This document shows, one piece after another, positions 55,710-63,768 of a stretch of DNA of 64,000 bases. Each line of letters opens with the position of its first letter. Positions within the stretch are counted from its first letter, which is position 1. Origin of the DNA: an uncultured Actinomycetes bacterium (lineage in GTDB: Bacteria > Actinomycetota > Acidimicrobiia > Spongiisociales > DATADW01). The translations under genes and the position numbers were made by a program. The notes beneath the pieces were generated by a model. The model was not told the origin of the DNA and made no database searches. It saw only the letters and a list, made by a program, of their open reading frames with translations. The DNA is taken from the NCBI GenBank assembly GCA_963758695.1, contig CAVWWM010000025.1, positions 937 through 64,936 of the forward strand, read 5' to 3'.

Positions 55710-56935
55710 CCGACCTCTCCGCCCGGCGCGCCGACTTCCCGCTTCTGGCGCAGCCGAGCAACGGAAGGCGCCTCGTTTTCCTCGACTCGGCGGCCTCGGC
55801 ACAGAAGCCCGACGTTGTCATCGACGCGATGGACGAGTTCCTCCGGACCAGGTACGCCAACGTGCATCGCGGTGCGTATCGACTGTCACTGGCGGCCACC
55901 GAGGCGTACGAGCATGCTCGAGACTCGGTGGCACAGTTCATCGGTAGCGGCACCCCCCAACAGGTCGTCTTCACCCGTGGGACCACGTCGGCTCTGAACT
56001 CGGTGGCGTTCGGGTGGGGTTTACGGCGTCTTCGTCCAGGTGACCGGGTCCTGCTCACCATGATGGAGCACCACGCCAACATCGTCCCCTGGCACATGGT
56101 CGCCGGGCTCACCGGAGCCGAAGTCATTTGGGCACCGCTCGATGGCGATGGTGAGCTCGATATGGACGCAACTCTCGGTCTCATCGACCAGACGGTGAAG
56201 GTCGTCGGGGTCACCGGGATGTCCAACGTGTTGGGGACGATCCCAGACCTGGGCTCCATTGCCGATAGGGCGCACTCAGTCGGCGCCCGGGTGGTTGTCG
56301 ACGGGGCCCAGCTGATCGCCCACCGCCCGGTTGCCGTCGAGTCGATGGGCGCCGATTTCTTCGCCTTCTCCTCGCACAAGCTCCTGGGCCCCACCGGGAT
56401 CGGCGTTCTCTGGGGCCGCCGGGAGGCGCTCGAGGAGCTAGAGCCCTTCGAGGGTGGTGGCGAGATGATCAGCGACGTGACGCTCGAAGGAGCCACCTGG
56501 GCGCCCATCCCCCACCGATTCGAGGCGGGTACGCCGCCCATCACCGAAGCCATCGGACTGGCAGCGGCGATCGGTTACCTCGAAGAAATCGGTATGGAAG
56601 TGGTCGCCGAGCACGACCGCGCCCTCACCACCTACGCCGTGGAACAGCTGTGTGGCACCCCTGGCGTGGCGATACAGGGCCCGACCGACGCCGACAAACG
56701 GGGAGGGGCGGTGAGCTTCACCATGGGGGACGTGCACCCTCATGACCTGGCAACGATCCTCGACGAGCAGGGTGTGGCGATACGCGCCGGGCACCATTGC
56801 GCCAAGCCCTTGATGCGGGCCCTCGGTGTCCCCGCCACAGCCCGCGCCTCATTCTCGGTCTACAACGGCACCGATGACATCGACGCCCTCATCGCCGGCC
56901 TCGCCACCGCCGCCGATCTTTTCGGCGTCAAGTAA
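55706..56935 (+). CDS. sufS: cysteine desulfurase SufS (group II)
   Basis: ATGA overlap with sufC. HHANIVPW, FSSHKLLGPTGIGVLWG, RAGHHCAKPL. Confidence 0.9.
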   Translation: MTDLSARRADFPLLAQPSNGRRLVFLDSAASAQKPDVVIDAMDEFLRTRYANVHRGAYRLSLAATEAYEHARDSVAQFIGSGTPQQVVFTRGTTSALNSVAFGWGLRRLRPGDRVLLTMMEHHANIVPWHMVAGLTGAEVIWAPLDGDGELDMDATLGLIDQTVKVVGVTGMSNVLGTIPDLGSIADRAHSVGARVVVDGAQLIAHRPVAVESMGADFFAFSSHKLLGPTGIGVLWGRREALEELEPFEGGGEMISDVTLEGATWAPIPHRFEAGTPPITEAIGLAAAIGYLEEIGMEVVAEHDRALTTYAVEQLCGTPGVAIQGPTDADKRGGAVSFTMGDVHPHDLATILDEQGVAIRAGHHCAKPLMRALGVPATARASFSVYNGTDDIDALIAGLATAADLFGVK

Positions 56936-57240
56936 GAGACGGCGGACGGCGACCGAGGACGGAAAGCAGGGTGGTAGGTGTAGTTGGTAAGTGAAACAGC
57001 CGACTACCTACTGCTGCTCCGAAGCGGGTCCCTTTACATCCGTTCCCTCCCCCCGGCGGGGGGAGTACCCGACGCTGGAGGCGTCGGGGGAGGGGGGCTG
57101 GTTCACTCTCCAAGGTTCGAAATCCGCGTGCCGACACCGTTGGGAGATTCGGTAGCCCCCACCCGCTGCTCCGCAGCATGTCCCATCCCCCTGCGGGGGA
57201 CGGACACGTACTTCCGTCTTCCGTCTTCCGTCTTCCGTCT
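56936..57240. repeat. composite palindromic element, longest copy, splitting sufS from sufU
   Basis: Degenerate GACGG heptamers 56936..56963, GGT-rich stretch 56970..56993, partial module B 57004..57035, module A (reverse) 57047..57097, centre, module B 57156..57200, (CTTCCGT)x4 57211..57238. Confidence 0.85.
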
Positions 57241-57315
57241 TGATTCGAGACCCAAAACCCAACACTGCGAGCGAAGCGAGCGATATGTGCGAGCCCCGGT
57301 TACCTTGTTCTCCGC

Positions 57316-57750
57316 ATGGCGCTGGACGAGCTCTATCGACAAGTGATCCTCGACCACTACCGCAACCCGAGGCACCGGGATGAGATAGTGGACCCTGACG
57401 GGCACGCCGAAGGGGTGAACCCTCTGTGCGGTGACGAGGTGCAGGTGGACCTCCAGATTGCCGACGGAGTGGTTTCTGACGTGGCGGTACGGGGCCAGGG
57501 CTGCTCTATCAGCCAATCTTCTGCCTCGATGATGGGCGACGCCATCGTCGGCAAATCGGTGGAAGAGATCACGTCGTTGGCGGAGCGCTTCCACCAGATG
57601 ATGTCTTCGGAGGACGGCGGCGAACCCGACCTCGAACTCGGTGATCTCAGCGCCCTCCAGGGAGTCCGCAAGTTCCCGGTCCGCATCAAGTGCGCCGGGC
57701 TCCCGTGGGCGACGCTCGAACAAGCTCTTGCCTCGGTCAACGGCGGCTGA
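57316..57750 (+). CDS. sufU: SufU/IscU-type Fe-S cluster scaffold / sulfur acceptor
   Basis: LYRQVILDHYRNPRH, NPLCGDEVQVDL, GQGCSISQSSASMM, KCAGLPW. Confidence 0.9.
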   Translation: MALDELYRQVILDHYRNPRHRDEIVDPDGHAEGVNPLCGDEVQVDLQIADGVVSDVAVRGQGCSISQSSASMMGDAIVGKSVEEITSLAERFHQMMSSEDGGEPDLELGDLSALQGVRKFPVRIKCAGLPWATLEQALASVNGG

Positions 57751-57833
57751 GACATGACATCTCGTTGATTTCTCTCTGACGCGTCCGCAAGGGACCGCAT
57801 GCGACGGTGGCGGTCCCATACCAGGAGGACAGC

Positions 57834-58706
57834 GTGAAGAGAGTCGCACTGATCGCACTCGCCGCGGTCGCCGTGCTGGCGATACTCGGCGTCGGCATCA
57901 GCCAGGCGCTCCAGGACGACGACGATGGCGCGGCGACAACCGACGCCAATGAGCAGAGCTTTGCCGTTGCCGAGGCGGGCGCCGTGACAGTCACCGTGCA
58001 GAGCGGCCGCATATCGGTCGTTTCGATCCAGCGGGTCGAGGGCTGGACCCCGAAGGTCGTCCGCCAATCCGGTCCCAGAGTCCGCGTGGAGTTCGTCAAC
58101 GGAGCCGCTCGCCGGGTTTTCGTCGCCGAGTTCGCCGGGGGCGAATTGGTCACCCGGGTACGGCGCAGCAATGGCCAGACGACGTCCTCGTCGGTCAGTT
58201 CCTCGTCGGTGAGTTCCTCATCGGTCACGTCATCCTCTGTGACGTCATCGACCGGGGCCACCTCGTCGACCGTGGACGATGACGCCACCTCGACGACGTT
58301 CGATGGCGACAACACTTCGACCACGATCGACGACGATGGCACGTCCACCACCTTCGACGACGACGACACGACGAGCACGACATTCGACGACGATGTCACG
58401 TCAACCACGTTCGACGAAAACACCTCAACCACCTTCGACGACGACACGACGAGCACGACGGTGCGCGAAGAGACCCCACCGACCGACCGCTCGGTGACTT
58501 ATCAGGTTGCGAATGCCGGCAGTGTCACCGTGAGGATCTCCGACTCGCAGCTCGAGTTGCTCGACGTCACCGCCAACGCCGGCTGGGACTTCGAGGTGGA
58601 CGACGCCGGGGGCGACCGTGTGCGGGTGGAGTTCGAGCGGGGAGACGACGACGTCGAGTTCCGTCTCCAGTTCCACGGTTCCGAGCTCCGCCTCGAGATC
58701 GGTTAG
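57834..58706 (+). CDS. secreted/membrane-anchored Ser/Thr/Asp-rich repeat protein with two copies of a small conserved beta-type domain
   Basis: GTG 57834 lies 5 nt after AGGAGGA. Signal/anchor VKRVALIALAAVAVLAILGVG. (SSSVx)x4 at ~58185..58250 and (TSTTFDDDx)x6 at ~58287..58460. The C-terminal domain is shared with 61744..62325. Confidence 0.75.
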   Translation: MKRVALIALAAVAVLAILGVGISQALQDDDDGAATTDANEQSFAVAEAGAVTVTVQSGRISVVSIQRVEGWTPKVVRQSGPRVRVEFVNGAARRVFVAEFAGGELVTRVRRSNGQTTSSSVSSSSVSSSSVTSSSVTSSTGATSSTVDDDATSTTFDGDNTSTTIDDDGTSTTFDDDDTTSTTFDDDVTSTTFDENTSTTFDDDTTSTTVREETPPTDRSVTYQVANAGSVTVRISDSQLELLDVTANAGWDFEVDDAGGDRVRVEFERGDDDVEFRLQFHGSELRLEIG

Positions 58707-58716
58707 CGCCAGGGTT

Positions 58717-58758
58717 CTTCCTTCCGACTTCCGACTTCCGTCTTCCGTCTTCTACCGT
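58717..58758. repeat. CCGWCTT heptamer array (about 6 units)
   Basis: CTTCCTT CCGACTT CCGACTT CCGTCTT CCGTCTT CTACCGT between the stop at 58706 and the start at 58765. Confidence 0.8.
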
Positions 58759-58764
58759 CACCAG

Positions 58765-59709
58765 ATGACCGTTTCCGCACCCCGAGGACCGACTGGGATC
58801 GCCCACAGCACCCCTGTGCGGTGGATGCGGCGCCAGATCAACACCCGACGGGCGCTCCGCCGCAACCCGATCATTGTCCACCAGATGGGGAAGGTGGGGT
58901 CGCAGTCGGTGTTGCGCTCGCTCGCCGCCGAACCGCGCATCTCGGACAGACGCTCTGTGATCCACACCCACTTCCTGACCCGCAACCAATTGGAAAGGGA
59001 GAAGAGGTTGCTGGCGAATTCCCGGACCGCTTACCAGGGGACGCCCCTCCCCGAGATCTGGTGGAATCCCCCGTTCATCTGGGACGGGCAGATCGTCGGC
59101 GCCGCCGTGACGAGACAACTGGACAAGCGGTGGGACGTCATCACGCTGGCGCGCGACCCCGTGGCACGCAATGTCTCGCTCTTCTTCGAGAAGCTCGAGG
59201 TACCGATCGGGTACGACTGGTTCGAGCGCCGGCAACAGCTGTCCGACGACGAGCTCATCGCTGACCTGACCCCGCTCTTCGAGCAGTATGTTCTCCAGCC
59301 GGGAGGTCTGGCCCGACTCGACGTCGACCCCACACGCTGGTTCGACCTGGAGATGGCTCCCGTGTTCGGTATCGACATATTCGCCTCTCCCTTCTCGCCC
59401 GAGCGGGGGTGGCAGATCTACGAGGGCGAGCGGGCGCGGCTCCTGCTGATCCGCACCGCCGACCTCGATCGGGTCGGGCCCCAGGCTCTCGAGGAGTTCC
59501 TCGGCGTGCCCGGGATCAAACTCGCCTCGGGGAACGTCGCCGACCGGAGAGAGCACGCCTCGGTTTACGGCCTATTCCGGGAAAGGCTCCGCTTGTCCCC
59601 CGACCAACTCGAAGCGGTGTACGGGTCCCGCCTGGTGACGCATCTCTTCACGCCGCAGGAGATCGAGGCGATGCGGTCACGCTGGGAGACGGTGTCGGCG
59701 ACTGACTGA
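58765..59709 (+). CDS. sulfotransferase-fold protein (Stf0/capsule-type), function uncertain
   Basis: P-loop-like VHQMGKVGSQSV and 3'-PB-like ITLARDPVARNVS, parallel to the motifs of 21335..22264. Confidence 0.55.
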   Translation: MTVSAPRGPTGIAHSTPVRWMRRQINTRRALRRNPIIVHQMGKVGSQSVLRSLAAEPRISDRRSVIHTHFLTRNQLEREKRLLANSRTAYQGTPLPEIWWNPPFIWDGQIVGAAVTRQLDKRWDVITLARDPVARNVSLFFEKLEVPIGYDWFERRQQLSDDELIADLTPLFEQYVLQPGGLARLDVDPTRWFDLEMAPVFGIDIFASPFSPERGWQIYEGERARLLLIRTADLDRVGPQALEEFLGVPGIKLASGNVADRREHASVYGLFRERLRLSPDQLEAVYGSRLVTHLFTPQEIEAMRSRWETVSATD

Positions 59710-60962
59710 CGAGACGGACCTCGACCCTCGCCCCGCCGAGGGGCGACCTCCCCACGGCGAGGGTCCCGTCGCTTTCCTCGGCAAACCGGCGGGCTATGTC
59801 CAGCCCGAGACCGGTGGATCCAGCTCTGCTCTCCCCTCGCCCGATCACCGCTTGGTCCGGAAACCCGGGACCAGCGTCGTCCACAGACAAGATGGCCGTT
59901 TCGTTCTCGGCCCGAACCTCGAGCTCGAAATCGGTTCCCGGCGGGGTATGGGAGAAGACGTTTCCAACCAAGGCGTCGATTACAGCCGCAACCTCGGATG
60001 CGTCGGCTTCCACCACCACCGGTGATGCCGGCAGGTCGATGTGAAAGTTGCGGCCCTGCTCGTCGGCGAGCACCAGCCAGAAGTCCGATTGGTTGCGCGC
60101 CACCAGACCCAGGTCGACACCTGTAATGGTCCTGCTGCCGCGCCTGGCCGTGCTTATCAGCTCGTCCACGGCCCACTCCAACCGGTCCACCTGAGCGAGC
60201 AACGCAGTGGCGGCCTCAGGGTCGTCGATCGCCTCGGCGCGCGAGCCGCAACGCGGTGAGAGGTGTCCTGAGCCGGTGGGACAGGTCGGCGACCGACTCC
60301 CGCTCGGCGGCCAGCAGCATCTCCACCCTCCCGGCAAGCTGGTTGAGAGCCTCGCCTACCTCGATCACCTCGGGTGGACCCTCGGGGCGGACCCGCGCTT
60401 CCATCTCACCTGCACCAAGCCGCTCGGCGGTGACCGCCAGCTCCCCTACCGGCCGGACGAACGAGCGTCCCAGCCGGTCGGCAACGACCACAGCAAGCAC
60501 GATCATCCCCAACCCGAGGAGCCCGAGGACGAGCCAGGCACGACCGACTCCCTCGGTCAGGTCGGCGGAGCCGAGGCCGACCCGCACTACCGCCGTTCCC
60601 TCACCGGTGACCACGGGGACGACGACCTCGCCGGTGTCCGCCCGGAACGCCAACCCCTGTCGTGCCCGGGCGACGGCGGCAGTGACCGGGACCGGGACCC
60701 CGACGACCTCGTCGTCGGGGAGGACCACCGAGAGCTCGCCTACCCCTTCCGACGAGAGCACCACCTCGTCGATCGCGGCGCGGTCCAGTTCGGGTCCCGC
60801 AGCCACCGCCACGTCGGCTGCCACCGCTTGCGCCCGCCGCTCGGCGGCAACCACGGCCCGATCCTCCGCCTGGCGCTTGTAGAGCAACGCCAACGGCAAG
60901 GTGAAAGCCACAACGACCAACGAGGTCACCGCAAGGCTCACCAACGCCAGCTGCTTGCGCAT
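59648..60962 (-). pseudogene. sensor histidine kinase, frameshift near ~60238
   Basis: ORF 60216..60962 has 2 TM segments, a HAMP-like region and the H-box ADLSHRLRTPLTAL. ORF 59648..60337 continues AEAIDDPEA...NVFSHTP...DDAGPGF...GSTGLGLDIA (N, G1, G2 boxes) in another frame. Confidence 0.8.
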
Positions 60963-61643
60963 TCAGCCGCCCGGGTCGACCAGCTTGATGCCAACTCCGT
61001 GGACGGTGCGCAAGTAATGGGGGTCGGCGGCACTCTCCCCCAACTTCTTGCGCAGCCAAGAGAGGTGGACGTCGATGGTCCGATCGGCGCCGCCATACGG
61101 CTCCCGCCACACCTCGGCCAGGATCTCCCGCTTGGTCACCACCTCGCCGGCACGCTCCGCCAGGAAGAGCAGTAGGTCGAACTCCTTGGGCGTGAGCTCG
61201 AGCTCCTCCTCGTTGAGGCGTGCCTGGCGGGAACGGGGGTCGATGGTGAGGCCACCCACGACCGTCACCGGCTCGGGGTCTTCGCCACGGCGCCGGAGTA
61301 CGGCTCTCACCCTTGCCTCGAGTTGGCGGGCGCCAAACGGTTTGACCAGGTAGTCGTCGGCTCCGGCATCGAGAGTCCGGATGATGTCCTCCTCGACGCC
61401 TCGGGCGGTGGCGACGATCACCGGGACCGCGCTGACCGCCCTGATCATCTTGAGCAGCTCGAAACCGTCGAGGTCGGGAAGCCCCAGGTCGAGGATCACG
61501 AGGTCGGGAGCCCCCTTCACCGCCGCTTCCAGACCCTCCATGGCGGTGGCTGCCGAGACAACATCGTGGCCGTGACCGGCGAGGACGCGCGCCACCAGGT
61601 TGCGTATCTCGAGGTCGTCCTCGACCAGCACCACAGCGGCCAT
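60963..61643 (-). CDS. OmpR/PhoB-family response regulator
   Basis: The receiver domain has VLVEDD and DLVILDLGLPDLDG. The winged-helix C-terminus has LTPKEFDLLLFLA...RTIDVHLSWLRKKL. Its stop abuts the kinase start. Confidence 0.9.
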   Translation of the reverse strand: MAAVVLVEDDLEIRNLVARVLAGHGHDVVSAATAMEGLEAAVKGAPDLVILDLGLPDLDGFELLKMIRAVSAVPVIVATARGVEEDIIRTLDAGADDYLVKPFGARQLEARVRAVLRRRGEDPEPVTVVGGLTIDPRSRQARLNEEELELTPKEFDLLLFLAERAGEVVTKREILAEVWREPYGGADRTIDVHLSWLRKKLGESAADPHYLRTVHGVGIKLVDPGG

Positions 61644-61681
61644 GTCACCAGGTTATCGGTGAGGTTCCCCTTCGCTGGGCC

Positions 61682-61711
61682 CCTTGACGAGACATTGATC
61701 TTTCCTTGACG
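61682..61711. promoter_or_regulatory. direct repeat CCTTGACG x2 (22-nt spacing) in the divergent promoter region
   Basis: CCTTGACG at 61682..61689 and 61704..61711, between the response-regulator start (61643) and the Ser/Thr-rich gene start (61744). Each repeat contains a TTGACG -35-like hexamer. Confidence 0.35.
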
Positions 61712-61743
61712 TCGTTGCCACCGCCAACTGGGACACTGATGCG

Positions 61744-62325
61744 ATGCGCCGCCTCGGCCTCGTCCTGTTGTGGCTGATCGTGACAGCCGCCGCCACATTC
61801 GTGGCATGGCGCGCCGTTGACGCCGCCGACAACGACGTCTCGGAGCAGCCGGTGTTCCCGGTGGAGGCCGTGGCCGATGAATCGGAGTCGGTGACCAGCA
61901 GTTCGACCGGCCGGCCGGGCAACAGCAGCACTACCAACACCTCGGCAAACCGGCGACGCCGGACCACCACCACCGATGCCAGCTCGGGCTCCTCTTCCTC
62001 GACCCCATCTACCTCTGGCTCCTCCTCGACTTCCTCAACCTCGACGACCTCGACATCGTCCCCCTCGACATCGACCTCGACCACCTCGACATCAACTCCG
62101 ACAACCGAGCGGCGCACAGTGTCGGTGTCGGGGGGAACAGTGGTCGTGGAGGCGTCGGGAGGCGCGGTGTCGCTGGTCTCTGCCGTCCCCAATCCCGGCT
62201 ATGAGGTAGAGGTGGACGATGCGGGTCCCGACGAGGTGAGGGTCGAGTTCGAAAGCGACGATTCAAAGTCCGAGGTGAGAGTCCAATGGGACGGCGGCTG
62301 GGACATCGAGGAGCGCGAGGACTGA
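61744..62325 (+). CDS. secreted/membrane-anchored Ser/Thr-rich protein, paralog of 57834..58706
   Basis: Anchor MRRLGLVLLWLIVTAAATFVAW and a ~70-aa Ser/Thr tract. The C-terminal domain GGTVVVEASGGAVSLVSAVPNPGYEVEVDDAGPDEVRVEFESDD aligns with both domains of the paralog. Confidence 0.75.
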   Translation: MRRLGLVLLWLIVTAAATFVAWRAVDAADNDVSEQPVFPVEAVADESESVTSSSTGRPGNSSTTNTSANRRRRTTTTDASSGSSSSTPSTSGSSSTSSTSTTSTSSPSTSTSTTSTSTPTTERRTVSVSGGTVVVEASGGAVSLVSAVPNPGYEVEVDDAGPDEVRVEFESDDSKSEVRVQWDGGWDIEERED

Positions 62326-62339
62326 ATGTCCGCGCCGGC

Positions 62340-63729
62340 TCAGAGCACCCCGCCCTCGGTCATCCTTTTCAGATCGAGGATGTCATCGAGCTCATCCTCG
62401 GATAGGAGACCCCGTTCCAGGACCACATCACGGACGCTGCGACCGGTGGCCAGCGCCTCCTTGGCGACGAGCGCACCATTGTCGTAGCCGATGTGCGGGT
62501 TGAGGGCGGTCACCACGATCACGTTCCGTTCGACCAGTTCGGTCGCTCGGTCCTCGTTGGCAGTGATCCCCGCCACGCACCGGTCGCGTAGCCCGGAACT
62601 CGCCGACGCCAGCAACTCGATCGACTGCAGCAGGTTGTAGGCAAGCACAGGCATCATCACGTTGAGCTCGAAATTGCCGTTGGCCGCCGCCCATGTGACC
62701 GTCGCGTCGTTCCCCACCACCTGGGCGGCCACCTGCATCACCATCTCGGGAATCACCGGGTTCACCTTGCCCGGCATGATCGACAACCGGGCTGCAGGTC
62801 GGGGAGCTGGATCTCGGCCAGCCCCAGGTGGGCCCGATCCGAGCCAGCGCAGGTCGTTGGCGATCTTGAACATCGATACGGCCACCGTCTTGATTGCTCC
62901 CGAGGACATCACCGCGGCGTCCTTTGCCGCTTGCGCCTCGAAGTGGTCCTCCGCTTCGCGAAAGGCGAGCCCGGTTCGCTCAGCCAACAACGCGATGACC
63001 GCCTGGGCGAAACCCTCCGGTGCGTTGATCCCCGTCCCGACGGCGGTGCCTCCCAGCGGGAGCTCCTCGAGCTCGGGCAGCGCCTTGCGTAGACGTTCTG
63101 CACCCTTGCGTATCTGCGTGGCGTAGCCATTGAATTCCTGACCGAGGGTGACCGGCGTGGCGTCCATCAGGTGCGTCCGCCCCGACTTGACCACGTGGCT
63201 GAATTCCTCGGCCTTGGCGCGCAGTGCGCCAGCGAGCGCCTCCAGCTCGGGGATCAGATCCTCGGCGATGGCGGCGGCGGCGGCGACGTGGATGGCCGTG
63301 GGGATGACGTCGTTAGACGACTGCCCAACGTTGACGTGATCGTTGGGATGGACCCGGCGGCCCTCGACCTCGCCGAGCAGTTCTCGTCGCCCGGCCGGCG
63401 ATCACCTCGTTGGCGTTGGTGTTGGTCGATGTGCCCGAGCCGGTCTGGAAGACGTCCAACGGGAAGTGGTCGTCGAGCGCCCCTTCCATAACCTCGTCGG
63501 CGGCGGCACGGATGGCCCGCGCCTCCTCTACCGGGAGGTGCCCTTGGTCGGCGGCGACGGTGGCTGCCGAGCCCTTGATAAGCCCCAGAGCCCAGATGAA
63601 ACGGCGGCTGAAACGGATCCCGGAGACGGGGAAGTTGTCCACGGCGCGACGGGTGGACGCCCCGTAGTAGGCGCCGGCAGGAACCTCCACCTCTCCCATC
63701 GAGTCGCGCTCAACGCGAGACTGTTCCAT
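62340..63729 (-). pseudogene. aspA: aspartate ammonia-lyase (class II fumarase/aspartase family), three indels
   Basis: N-terminus [17 protein letters not shown] and [14 protein letters not shown] (ORF 63313..63729). After a shift at ~63390: [14 protein letters not shown]...[18 protein letters not shown]. The SS-loop region is read out of frame between ~62835 and ~62795, then [12 protein letters not shown] resumes. Confidence 0.8.
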
Positions 63730-63768
63730 GGCTCTCCTTCTGGCTCATCCAGGGTACGCAGGACCGTG

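Noticed and set aside
57110-57130. A tRNA-like T-loop string (AGGTTCGAAATCC at ~57113, GGGTTCGAAGC at ~21131) hinted at a tRNA gene or fragment, or an integration att site.
   Set aside because: The flanking bases do not form a T-stem, and there is no acceptor/anticodon arm arrangement. There is no integrase nearby.
8465-58758. Tandem heptamer arrays considered as possible CRISPR arrays.
   Set aside because: The units are 7 nt with no spacers, only 3-6 copies each, scattered at many loci, and no cas genes are present. They are simple tandem repeats attached to the hairpin modules.
59648-59709. A 62-nt convergent overlap between the sulfotransferase-like gene and the histidine kinase 3' end, considered as a possible antisense regulatory arrangement.
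   Set aside because: The kinase tail after VEVRLV (SQSPTPSPSVTASPRSPAA) is low-complexity and the gene already contains a frameshift. The overlap may simply reflect a missed stop or an indel, so it is not strong enough to report.
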